Shown: positions 18,213 through 25,031 of the stretch, piece after piece
How the letters are laid out: every line of letters starts with the position of its first letter
How positions within the stretch are numbered: the stretch's first letter is position 1
Source: a virus
Length of the DNA stretch: 35,428 bases
Strand: one strand, 5' to 3'
Virus record (IMG/VR): IMGVR_UViG_3300021255_000003
Position numbers and translations under genes: made by a program
The notes under the pieces: model-generated
The model's database searches: none
The model's input: only the letters and a program-made list of their open reading frames with translations
Told to the model about the DNA's origin: nothing

Positions 18213-18684
18213 CTACCTTTTTTTCTAAATAGCCCCACATTTTTTCAAAAGCATTGGTATTTTGAATAATTGGTAGACTATACTTGTTTTTCATTTTCAT
18301 CATAAATCTATGTTTTTGTTCTTCTTGTGTTTTTATAGAACTAGAAGGTTTAGTATATGTTCTGTAATATAAAACTTTTGAAATAGTGGAATTGTCATCT
18401 AACATAAAGCCTTCTAGTAATGAATCAAATTCCCACCAGTCTATATCTTCTTTATTTAAGTTAAGTCCGAACTTCCAAAAATCAACGAAATAGTATTTGT
18501 AATCATAATTTAAATCAAAGTTTCTTTCTTTTAATGCTTTTCCACCATTCTGTGGATTAAACAAATATTTAGAAATTTCATTTAAAATATATCTTTGATT
18601 TTCTTTAATATCTAAACCTAAAAGCTCTAATGCTCTTTCACACTTATAAGGATTATCTTCTTCAAATAACTTGAATATTTTCAT
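18202..18684 (-). CDS. Tail assembly chaperone (Gp15-like)
   Basis: Position between MTP and TMP. N-terminal pattern resembles the bacteriophage Gp15 family. Confidence 0.6.
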   Translation of the reverse strand: MKIFKLFEEDNPYKCERALELLGLDIKENQRYILNEISKYLFNPQNGGKALKERNFDLNYDYKYYFVDFWKFGLNLNKEDIDWWEFDSLLEGFMLDDNSTISKVLYYRTYTKPSSSIKTQEEQKHRFMMKMKNKYSLPIIQNTNAFEKMWGYLEKKVGDK

Positions 18685-18725
18685 TATCCTTTTAAAGGTA
18701 GGATAAAACTTATATATTTTACCAT

Positions 18726-19169
18726 CTATTTTAAGTTCCGTAAGTTGTTGATATTCTTCACAAGGTTGGTAATTTGAGTATTTACTGGTGATATTTGTTT
18801 GTTGATAAAAAAATTTAGAAAGTATCCTCTAATATTTTCTATCATTTCTTCAAATTTATATTCTCCTGCTAATTCTTTGAATTTGTCTTTATGTTCTTTG
18901 AAACAAATATCTATAAATCTCTCATCATTTTTTTCTATATTTTCCCCAATTTCTTGTTCTAGTTTTTCTTTTTCTTCAGCTGTTGCTTTTATATAATCAC
19001 TATATTTTTCTTTTCCTAAACTGAATAAAATGTTTTTTATTTCTAACAACTCACTCTCAGTTATTTGCATGGTAAATTCATATTTTACTTCTTCTTCTCC
19101 TTTTTCGTTGATGTTTGTTAATTGAATCAATTCCTCTATTTCATATTTTTTATTTGTTACTTTTAACAT
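18726..19169 (-). CDS. Tail assembly chaperone (acidic, G-position)
   Basis: Acidic 147-aa protein directly after the MTP terminator. SD GAAGGAG. Confidence 0.6.
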   Translation of the reverse strand: MLKVTNKKYEIEELIQLTNINEKGEEEVKYEFTMQITESELLEIKNILFSLGKEKYSDYIKATAEEKEKLEQEIGENIEKNDERFIDICFKEHKDKFKELAGEYKFEEMIENIRGYFLNFFINKQISPVNTQITNLVKNINNLRNLK

Positions 19170-19190
19170 ATTTTTTCTCCTTCTATATAT

Positions 19191-19224
19191 AAAAAATAAG
19201 GGTAGACTTTAAGAGCCTACCCTT
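19191..19224 (-). terminator. Rho-independent terminator/attenuator after the major tail gene (AAGGGTAG-N11-CTACCCTT plus T6)
   Basis: 8-bp GC-containing stem followed by a T-run on the minus strand. Confidence 0.75.
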
Positions 19225-19231
19225 TAGATAA

Positions 19232-19681
19232 TTATGGTGTTGGTGCTACGTAGTCTGTTTCTGCAAAAGTAGAATTATCATATATTTTTAAATCAAAATC
19301 CACTTGTAAAACTTCTTCTGAATTTGCTTCATAAGTTATATTACTTAATGTTGCTGTAAAATCAATTTGTTTTCCGTTAGTACCTTTAAGTAAATTAACA
19401 ATTCTTGTTTTTACTGTTGCCTCTTCACCTACTGCAAATTCTTTACTTAAGATGAATTGACATACAGCACTTGATTTTTTCATTTTTACTGAAGTAGACC
19501 ATGTTGGGTCTAATCCAGTTTTAACGTTGTTTGATAAGAAAGAATATAAATCTTGCCATGTATCAAGTGATTCTCCCTGATCATAACTTAAATTTAGATT
19601 TATTACTTCTTCGTACTGTGCAGTACTAGTTGAACTTATATCGAACAATAATTTAAATTTATTAATTGAACTTTCGTACTT
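19232..19681 (-). CDS. Major tail protein; proposed AAG start at 19681
   Basis: Assigned by position. The track start is a TTG at 19648 with no SD. SD GGAG (19694-19691) plus 9 nt leads to an in-frame AAG. Confidence 0.6.
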   Translation of the reverse strand, partial: KYESSINKFKLLFDISSTSTAQYEEVINLNLSYDQGESLDTWQDLYSFLSNNVKTGLDPTWSTSVKMKKSSAVCQFILSKEFAVGEEATVKTRIVNLLKGTNGKQIDFTATLSNITYEANSEEVLQVDFDLKIYDNSTFAETDYVAPTP

Positions 19682-19683
19682 TA

Positions 19684-20070
19684 TTAATCACTCCATTCCA
19701 CTCTTAAATTACAATTAATATTGTAATAAATTCTTTGATTTTCGTCTCTAAAAGCATAGTTAGGTGTATTACATCTCATAAATGTAATATGTGTGTTATT
19801 TAATGATAAATCATTATTAAAGTGTAATTGATTAAATATTGTGTCAGCTAATCTACGTGTTTCAGTATCATTAGTGGTTCCTCTTATTAGAATATAAAAT
19901 GGTATTTCACTATAAAGAATATGTTGAGGTATAGAACTTTGATTTGTTCCTTCACCTAATTGAATAGCACAACATAATTCATCATTTTGAGGTAAATCTG
20001 GACTATAACATTTGATATTTGTTTTTTGTATTTCTGTTCGTAACAAAGTTACTAACTCTACGATATTCAT
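19684..20070 (-). CDS. Head-tail joining protein (Minor_capsid_3-like / gp17 position)
   Basis: ATG at 20070 with SD AAGAAGGGA; the track start at 20100 lies inside the upstream gene. Confidence 0.65.
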   Translation of the reverse strand: MNIVELVTLLRTEIQKTNIKCYSPDLPQNDELCCAIQLGEGTNQSSIPQHILYSEIPFYILIRGTTNDTETRRLADTIFNQLHFNNDLSLNNTHITFMRCNTPNYAFRDENQRIYYNINCNLRVEWSD

Positions 20071-20071
20071 T

Positions 20072-20428
20072 TTATCCCTTCTTTGCTTCATTAATAGCAT
20101 TTACTAGCATTGTTTGATAATCCTTTTTGTATTTATTGAAAGTTTTTTCAAACCATCTAGGTTGAGCTTGTCTGTTGCCAGCTCCAGCTTTACCACCCTC
20201 GTAATATCTTCTTCTAACGTATGGGCTCCTTTCAATTACAAGTCCCTTTTCAAATTGTGAATGCATTTCACCAGACTGATACATCTGTCCTGTATCTCTA
20301 TAAGTAAATTCGTTAGAATCTTTATAAATTTGTTCTGCTATGGATAAAATAGCTTTTTCTTGAGCTTTTTTGACAACATCTTTTTCAACCCAATTAAGTG
20401 CTTTTTCTAAACTATCAAACTTTCTCAT
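20072..20428 (-). CDS. Head-tail joining protein (Minor_capsid_2 / HK97 gp10-like)
   Basis: Track ORF. ATGA overlap with the upstream stop. Family resemblance by eye. Confidence 0.65.
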   Translation of the reverse strand: MRKFDSLEKALNWVEKDVVKKAQEKAILSIAEQIYKDSNEFTYRDTGQMYQSGEMHSQFEKGLVIERSPYVRRRYYEGGKAGAGNRQAQPRWFEKTFNKYKKDYQTMLVNAINEAKKG

Positions 20429-20757
20429 TGTAATAATACCTCATAATGATGAGCATTTACAGAATCAGGATAAAGAGTGGAAGCTTCAACTATTTTATAT
20501 TCTTTGTTATTAAAGATAATTTTACTATTATTAATAGGAGCAGCGGTTAAGCCTAAAGAATTTACTAAATCATAAAACATTCTAGCCGTTGCTACTATTT
20601 CCCGTCCATTTCTTGTTATATTTAGTTTTAAATTATCTTCAATTTTTACAAATCTTAAATTAGTTGATTCTCCCCACTCATCACCTTCACCTGTATTTCC
20701 TAAATACTCTTTATAAACACAACTATGTGGTAGTAGTCTTTTTGGAATTGGTCTCTT
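20425..20757 (-). CDS. Head-closure protein (Minor_capsid_1-like); no canonical start, proposed AAG start at 20757
   Basis: Hand-translated 110 aa: (K/M)RPIPKRLLPHSCVYKEYLGNTGEGDEWGE...HHYEVLLQ. The frame opens after TAG at 20766-20764. The first ATG is 59 codons in. Absent from the ORF track. Confidence 0.6.
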   Translation of the reverse strand, partial: KRPIPKRLLPHSCVYKEYLGNTGEGDEWGESTNLRFVKIEDNLKLNITRNGREIVATARMFYDLVNSLGLTAAPINNSKIIFNNKEYKIVEASTLYPDSVNAHHYEVLLQ

Positions 20758-20872
20758 TTTTTTCTACCTTTTTCTCTGTATTTTCAATTACTTTCCATCC
20801 AGCCATTTCATACCATTTTAAAGCACCTTCTGTTACTTCTTTTGTAATTGCACCAATTTTTACCTTTACCAT
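20723..20872 (-). CDS. Small hypothetical protein (49 aa, MVKVKIGAITKEVTEGALKWYEMAGWKVIE...)
   Basis: SD GGAAGGTG plus 5 nt, then ATG. Overlaps the start of the head-closure gene in another frame. Confidence 0.5.
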   Translation of the reverse strand: MVKVKIGAITKEVTEGALKWYEMAGWKVIENTEKKVEKKETNSKKTTTT

Positions 20873-20873
20873 A

Positions 20874-21236
20874 TTAACACCTTCCTAATCCTGGATATAA
20901 AAGTCCTGCATTCAATAAAATATTGTATGCCATTGGGCTTATTCTGTTTATACTTTTAGAATTATTGTTTTCATTTAAATTACTTCCTTCATGATAACTA
21001 CCTAACGAAGCTCCACTTCCACTTACTGAATCAATTAAGTCTCCATTTATATCAAAGAAACTTATTTGTTCCATTACTGCTTTTTTGAAATCTTCATAAG
21101 TTAAATCATCACTAGTAGGAACATTTACTACCATAATAGAACGTAATTCTTGGATAGATAGATATAATAATCTATCAAAATTAGAAGGAGCAGTATCTAC
21201 TCCTAAATACGCTTTGTATTCTTTTTCAGTTATCAT
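20874..21236 (-). CDS. Head-tail connector (gp6/gp15-like adaptor)
   Basis: Track ORF, SD AAAGGAGTGG. Position directly after the capsid gene. Confidence 0.7.
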   Translation of the reverse strand: MITEKEYKAYLGVDTAPSNFDRLLYLSIQELRSIMVVNVPTSDDLTYEDFKKAVMEQISFFDINGDLIDSVSGSGASLGSYHEGSNLNENNNSKSINRISPMAYNILLNAGLLYPGLGRC

Positions 21237-21257
21237 TCTACCACTCCTTTATTTTGA

Positions 21258-22103
21258 TTAAGCATTTTTTACTTTTACGATTACAGCTTCTGCATTAGTC
21301 AATACATCTGTATAAACCATACGGCCTTGTAAAGCACTTGCACCAATGTGAGAACCATCTTTTAAGTCATTAATAGTTGGCTCTACTTTCCATTCGTCAA
21401 TTGCTTGTGTCCAGTCTACACCATAAACTATATATTCAACATTCTTATCGTTTTTGTCTTTTTCTAAATCTTGTACGATTACATTAACACCGTTGATTTT
21501 TCCAACAACACCATTTCGTGCTAATTCAGCACCAATTTGTGAAGCGGTATTTGAATATTTTTCATCAGTTAATAGTAGTGTTTCAGTTGCATAGTCTATA
21601 GCTACATACATTCTGTTTTTATCAATACCCTTTTTAGCTAATATAGCTATATCTTTTACAATATTTGAATATACGTTTTCAGCAGTTGAATCTTCTTGTG
21701 TTGATGGTGTACCACCTAATAAAGCTTCAATAGCATCAGCTTCTAATGTTTTAGCTACTGAATATGCTCCACTTTCTAGTCTTTGTGCTACTAAATTATC
21801 TGGCACTGCTTGTGCTTCATATCCATCGATTAATTCATTAATTGCTTTATGATTATCAACTGGGATATTTTTATAACTAGTTGCACTTTGAGATAAAGAT
21901 GCACCATCTTTTACATCATAATCATTAATTGCTACATCAGTATTTCTTACTGGTACTTTTACAGCTCCAGCTACTGGACTTCCTTCATAGTCTCTTGAAA
22001 ATGTATTTCTTATTTTTAGACTTGGTCTCATTAACTTAACAATTGCATTAGCAAATCTTTCTTGTCTTTCATGAGTACCATTTGTTCCGATTGCGTTTGC
22101 CTT
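21258..22103 (-). CDS. Major capsid protein; proposed AAG start at 22103 (track ORF starts at ATG 22031)
   Basis: 24 sense codons (KANAIGTNGTHERQERFANAIVKL) lie upstream of the track ATG with no canonical start. SD AAAAGGAG sits 9 nt before AAG, which follows TGA TGA TAA. Confidence 0.7.
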   Translation of the reverse strand, partial: KANAIGTNGTHERQERFANAIVKLMRPSLKIRNTFSRDYEGSPVAGAVKVPVRNTDVAINDYDVKDGASLSQSATSYKNIPVDNHKAINELIDGYEAQAVPDNLVAQRLESGAYSVAKTLEADAIEALLGGTPSTQEDSTAENVYSNIVKDIAILAKKGIDKNRMYVAIDYATETLLLTDEKYSNTASQIGAELARNGVVGKINGVNVIVQDLEKDKNDKNVEYIVYGVDWTQAIDEWKVEPTINDLKDGSHIGASALQGRMVYTDVLTNAEAVIVKVKNA

Positions 22104-22121
22104 TTATCATCACTCCTTTTC

Positions 22122-22649
22122 TTATTCTTTAAAGGCATCAGGATGTTTGGCTTTTAATATAGCCATAACTCCATCTTCTTCAGTATTTTTTATTTTTGTT
22201 ACTGCTACTCCTGTTGTTTTAGGATTGGCTGTAACTTCTTCTCTTTGAAGATATTTAGGATTTTCTTTTAAGAAATTCTCAAGGTTTTCTTCAAATTCAC
22301 CTTCCATTTTTGAAACTTTAAATAGGACATAATCAACATCATCAGCATTTACACCACTTCTAAGAACTTGATTCTCTTTTTTTAAAGAATCTCTTTCACT
22401 AGTAGTGGAAGCTAAGTTTTGTGTCAATTCTGTTTGCTTTTCAGTTTCAGTTTTCTGACTTTCTTCCCATTCTTTATATTTTTGTAAGTCAACACCTTCA
22501 TATTTTTTATTTAATTTATTTGTTTCTTTTAATATCATTGCGTTGACTTCATCTTGAGTAAAAGTCTTTTCAGTTTTTTCAACAGGTTCTGTAACTGTCC
22601 CCTCAGTTTTTTCTTCAGGCTGAGTAACTGGTTCTTGTTTATTTTCCAT
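22122..22649 (-). CDS. Scaffolding protein
   Basis: Acidic coiled-coil 175 aa directly upstream of the capsid gene. SD GGAGG. Confidence 0.8.
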   Translation of the reverse strand: MENKQEPVTQPEEKTEGTVTEPVEKTEKTFTQDEVNAMILKETNKLNKKYEGVDLQKYKEWEESQKTETEKQTELTQNLASTTSERDSLKKENQVLRSGVNADDVDYVLFKVSKMEGEFEENLENFLKENPKYLQREEVTANPKTTGVAVTKIKNTEEDGVMAILKAKHPDAFKE

Positions 22650-22729
22650 ATTTCCTCCATTTTTTTATTTGGGTAACAAAGTAATTCCCACACCTTAGTT
22701 TCTTTATTGTCTAATTAAGTAAAAGACAT

Positions 22730-22753
22730 AAAAAAAGAACGATATAATCGTTC
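22730..22753 (-). terminator. Rho-independent terminator (GAACGAT-ATA-ATCGTTC plus T7)
   Basis: Perfect 7-bp stem followed by T7 on the minus strand. Confidence 0.8.
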
Positions 22754-22780
22754 ATTGTGCCTTTATAAGCACCATTGAAT

Positions 22781-22902
22781 AGATATAAATAGGAATCGAA
22801 CCTAATTTCTTACCGCGATAGGTTGATAAGTGCCGTTTTATGCCTCTTATTGTTTCATACTAGGAACGGACTGACTCGTTTTACCATATAAACTATATAT
22901 CT
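22781..22902 (-). ncRNA. 122-nt tRNA-like RNA: canonical acceptor, D arm and T arm, with the anticodon region replaced by about 65 nt of extra helices
   Basis: AGATATA-UA-GUUU-AUAUGGUA-AAAC-G ... UUAGG-UUCGAUU-CCUAU-(U)-UAUAUCU. GC-rich island in AT-rich DNA, flanked by terminators. Confidence 0.45.
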
Positions 22903-22930
22903 ACTCAATGCTACCTATAAAGATAGCATA

Positions 22931-22953
22931 ATAAAAACACTCTTATTGAGTGC
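22931..22953 (-). terminator. Terminator hairpin (CACTC-N5-GAGTG plus T5)
   Basis: Short stem plus a T-run on the minus strand, preceded by a T8 run at 22958-22965. Confidence 0.5.
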
Positions 22954-22968
22954 TAATAAAAAAAATTT

Positions 22969-23046
22969 AGGAGGTAGGACTCGCACTATCCCTACATCTC
23001 TTTTGACCCAAAGGGTGCGTGGACGCAAGATTTTTCCACCTCTCCT
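22969..23046 (-). ncRNA. 78-nt cloverleaf-shaped structured RNA candidate
   Basis: AGGAG/CUCCU closing stem, GUGGA/UCCAC arm, ACCC-UUU-GGGU arm, GUAGG/CCUAC arm containing GUGCGAGUCC (T-loop-like). Followed by AAA-U8. Confidence 0.35.
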
Positions 23047-23058
23047 GTAATTATTATA

Positions 23059-24702
23059 CTACTTATTATCATTTTTATCAAAGATTTTTTTAATTTTGCC
23101 ATTTTTTTCGTAATTATCTATTCTTTGTTGTTTTAGTATCTGCATTTGAATTATTGAATTTTTATAACCTTTTTCTTTTTCGGTGGCATTAGGTGTATTT
23201 AATTTTAATGTTATTTTTACATTGTCTTCCATTTGTTTAACTATCCACAATGTATCATCTTTATCTAGTTGTTTATAAACATAATCTGGTTTTTTTAATA
23301 TATTTGGTATTTCGCTTTGATATTTTAGAACTTCGGGATGCTTTTGTAGATGTTCTAATCTATCAGGCATCAACACAACATCTTTTGTTGTTGTAACTAA
23401 TTGTTTGTCATATTTCGCAGCGTCAAATTTACCTACGATACTTTTGTTTACTATTTCCTCTTGTTTTTTTCTTTTTTCTTCTTTTTTTATCCAATTGTTC
23501 AATTGATTCGTAGTTTTTTCTTTGACTGGTTGTGATACTACTTTCGTTCCTATCCACTCATTACCATAATCTCTATATCTATCAGTTTCTTTTAGCCAAC
23601 TATTATATTGACTATTAAAACTACTTAATTGTTTTTGTTTTGATTTTATGTAATCAGGTTCTGCTCCTGTTTCCTTTAGCATTTCTATTTCTCTTTTTTT
23701 ATTTCTTATTTGTCTTTCGTAGTATCTTTGTGTTTGTCTTTCTTGATATGCTTCATCGTTTTCTGCTTTGTCTATTTCTTTTTCTCTATGGATGCTTAAA
23801 TTTGGTATAAAAGCATATCTTGAATGTCCACAATTGATACCTAATATACCAGCAGGCTCTCCATAAGAAGATTGGCTCCACGCATATACTTTAATCTTAT
23901 TTCCTAAACCATCTTCAATAGGTGTAGTATCATCATTTAAAGAAAATATCTTACCTTGGTCTTCTGCACATAATGGTCTAGCTCCCATGTGTTGAGATAT
24001 TTCTACATAGTTATTTCCTGCTAGTTGCATTCTTTCCTCTTGTATTTTATTAGTTGTTTGTCTAGTGTTTGTTCTTAGTACCATTTTAGTATAAGCTTCA
24101 GGGCTCCATTGTGCTCCATTCCTTGCTGTAAAACCTGTTAAACCTTTTTCTGCTAGTTTTGTGACTGCGTCTTGCATTGCTTTTGTTACAGTCTTTGTGC
24201 CAGCCATTACTTCATTAGATACTTTATTTACTATATTTGTATATTCTCTTCCAGCACTTGTTAATAGGCTATTATTTTGTTTATTAAAAGTTGTTAATGT
24301 TTCGTTTATAGCATTACTTATTACATTTTTTACTACTATATCTTCAACTACTGGATTAATCTCATTTAGTATTCCTGCTTTTACTCCTAATTCTAGTTGT
24401 TCTTTATCTACTTCTGTTCCTATCTCTCTAGCTCTTTCAAATATCTTTTCAATATCTTTTTTTGATTTTTTGCTATATTTAGCTATTATTTTAGCATTCT
24501 CTTTAGTTAATCCACCTAACTCTTTTAATCGTTCTAGTTGCCATTCATTTACACCACCAGAACCTACAATTGGTGAATTAGTTTCTAAACTCCATTTATC
24601 TATTTCCATAGGTTTATCTACTGCTATTTTTTTAGCAATATTTAGAAGAAGTTCATTCTCCATATCGATATAATATCTTTCTACTTGTTCTTCTAAAGAC
24701 AT
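23059..24702 (-). CDS. MuF/SPP1 gp7-family minor head protein fused to a C-terminal PBECR-type (Barnase-EndoU-ColicinE5/D-RelE-like) nuclease domain
   Basis: Position after the portal. The C-terminal ~110 aa (DRLEHLQKHPE...ILKKPDYVY...WIV...ITLKLN....GYKNSII) matches my recollection of PBECR domains. Confidence 0.7.
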   Translation of the reverse strand: MSLEEQVERYYIDMENELLLNIAKKIAVDKPMEIDKWSLETNSPIVGSGGVNEWQLERLKELGGLTKENAKIIAKYSKKSKKDIEKIFERAREIGTEVDKEQLELGVKAGILNEINPVVEDIVVKNVISNAINETLTTFNKQNNSLLTSAGREYTNIVNKVSNEVMAGTKTVTKAMQDAVTKLAEKGLTGFTARNGAQWSPEAYTKMVLRTNTRQTTNKIQEERMQLAGNNYVEISQHMGARPLCAEDQGKIFSLNDDTTPIEDGLGNKIKVYAWSQSSYGEPAGILGINCGHSRYAFIPNLSIHREKEIDKAENDEAYQERQTQRYYERQIRNKKREIEMLKETGAEPDYIKSKQKQLSSFNSQYNSWLKETDRYRDYGNEWIGTKVVSQPVKEKTTNQLNNWIKKEEKRKKQEEIVNKSIVGKFDAAKYDKQLVTTTKDVVLMPDRLEHLQKHPEVLKYQSEIPNILKKPDYVYKQLDKDDTLWIVKQMEDNVKITLKLNTPNATEKEKGYKNSIIQMQILKQQRIDNYEKNGKIKKIFDKNDNK

Positions 24703-24719
24703 TTATATCACCACCTATT

Positions 24720-25031
24720 TTAATTAAAAAAATTTTTACAAACATCATGTATCATATCATGGCTTTTACTACTTAAATCACATAATATTTCTTCATTATA
24801 ATTTATTTCATCTGATAAATAAGACCAGATATAACAATGCATTAATTCGTGATACAAAGTTTCTTTTTGCTTTTCTTTTGATACTTCTTTATTGATTAAT
24901 ATTTGTTGAGTGCTTAATTTTGTTGCACCATAATAATAACTATTTTCATTATTATCATTAAATACTTTTTTTACTTCATCAGCTGTTGCATAATCAATTG
25001 TCCAATTGTAATTATTCATTTTGAAGTTCAT
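24720..25031 (-). CDS. Small HExxH metallopeptidase-like protein (103 aa)
   Basis: YHELMHCY motif. SD AAGGAG plus 7 nt, then ATG at 25031; the track start at 25058 lies inside the portal gene. Confidence 0.55.
   Translation of the reverse strand: MNFKMNNYNWTIDYATADEVKKVFNDNNENSYYYGATKLSTQQILINKEVSKEKQKETLYHELMHCYIWSYLSDEINYNEEILCDLSSKSHDMIHDVCKNFFN

Noticed and set aside
18685-18725. Canonical -1 frameshift (G/GT) between the two tail chaperone ORFs
   Set aside because: The ORFs do not overlap (41-nt gap). The second has its own ATG and a Gp15-like N-terminus. No slippery heptamer was seen at the end of the first.
19682-19684. ATA as a non-canonical start for the tail gene (and ATA at 22107-22105 for the capsid gene)
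   Set aside because: ATA is in frame for the tail gene but out of frame for the capsid gene. It therefore cannot be a common mechanism, whereas AAG is in frame in both.
20756-20763. A8 run as a translational or transcriptional slippage site fusing the 49-aa ORF to the head-closure frame
   Set aside because: The fusion needs a +1/-2 shift, not the -1 shift that A_AAA_AAA favours. It would add 38 residues to a family that normally starts at M-RPIP. AAG sits exactly at that homologous start, with an SD-like element upstream. Still testable by reads and proteomics.
22102-22105. Homopolymer (A4) indel or programmed +1 frameshift joining ATG-ATA-AAA to the capsid frame
   Set aside because: Removing one A would fix the frame, so this is not fully excluded. 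However, a 4-nt run is an unlikely error site. The ATG is only 2 nt from GGAG. The same SD plus 9 nt plus AAG geometry recurs at the tail gene, where no A-run or upstream ATG exists. Kept as the explicit refutation test for the AAG-start hypothesis.
22781-22902. Genuine tRNA interrupted by an intron
   Set aside because: Bacterial tRNA introns are group I (over 200 nt) and sit in the anticodon loop. Here no anticodon stem halves flank the extra ~65 nt.
22650-23058. Large ornate phage RNAs (GOLLD/ROOL-like), tmRNA or RNase P RNA in the 410-bp gap
   Set aside because: The gap is too short. It is internally divided by terminator hairpins into units of about 78 nt and 122 nt. I could recognise no tag ORF, pseudoknot series or P4-type motifs.
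24161-24673. Plus-strand ORFs in the track lying antisense to minus-strand genes: 729-962, 9074-9319, 11601-11801, 13223-13531, 16026-16214, 16690-16941, 17902-18105, 18799-18996, 20664-20888, 24161-24673, 25157-25342, 27788-27973, 29808-29990, 30622-30813, 30942-31130, 31667-31891, 33159-33386, 34998-35201
   Set aside because: They are shadow ORFs fully nested antisense in well-supported genes. Their translations are low-complexity and F/L/I/S-rich, and they have no SD.
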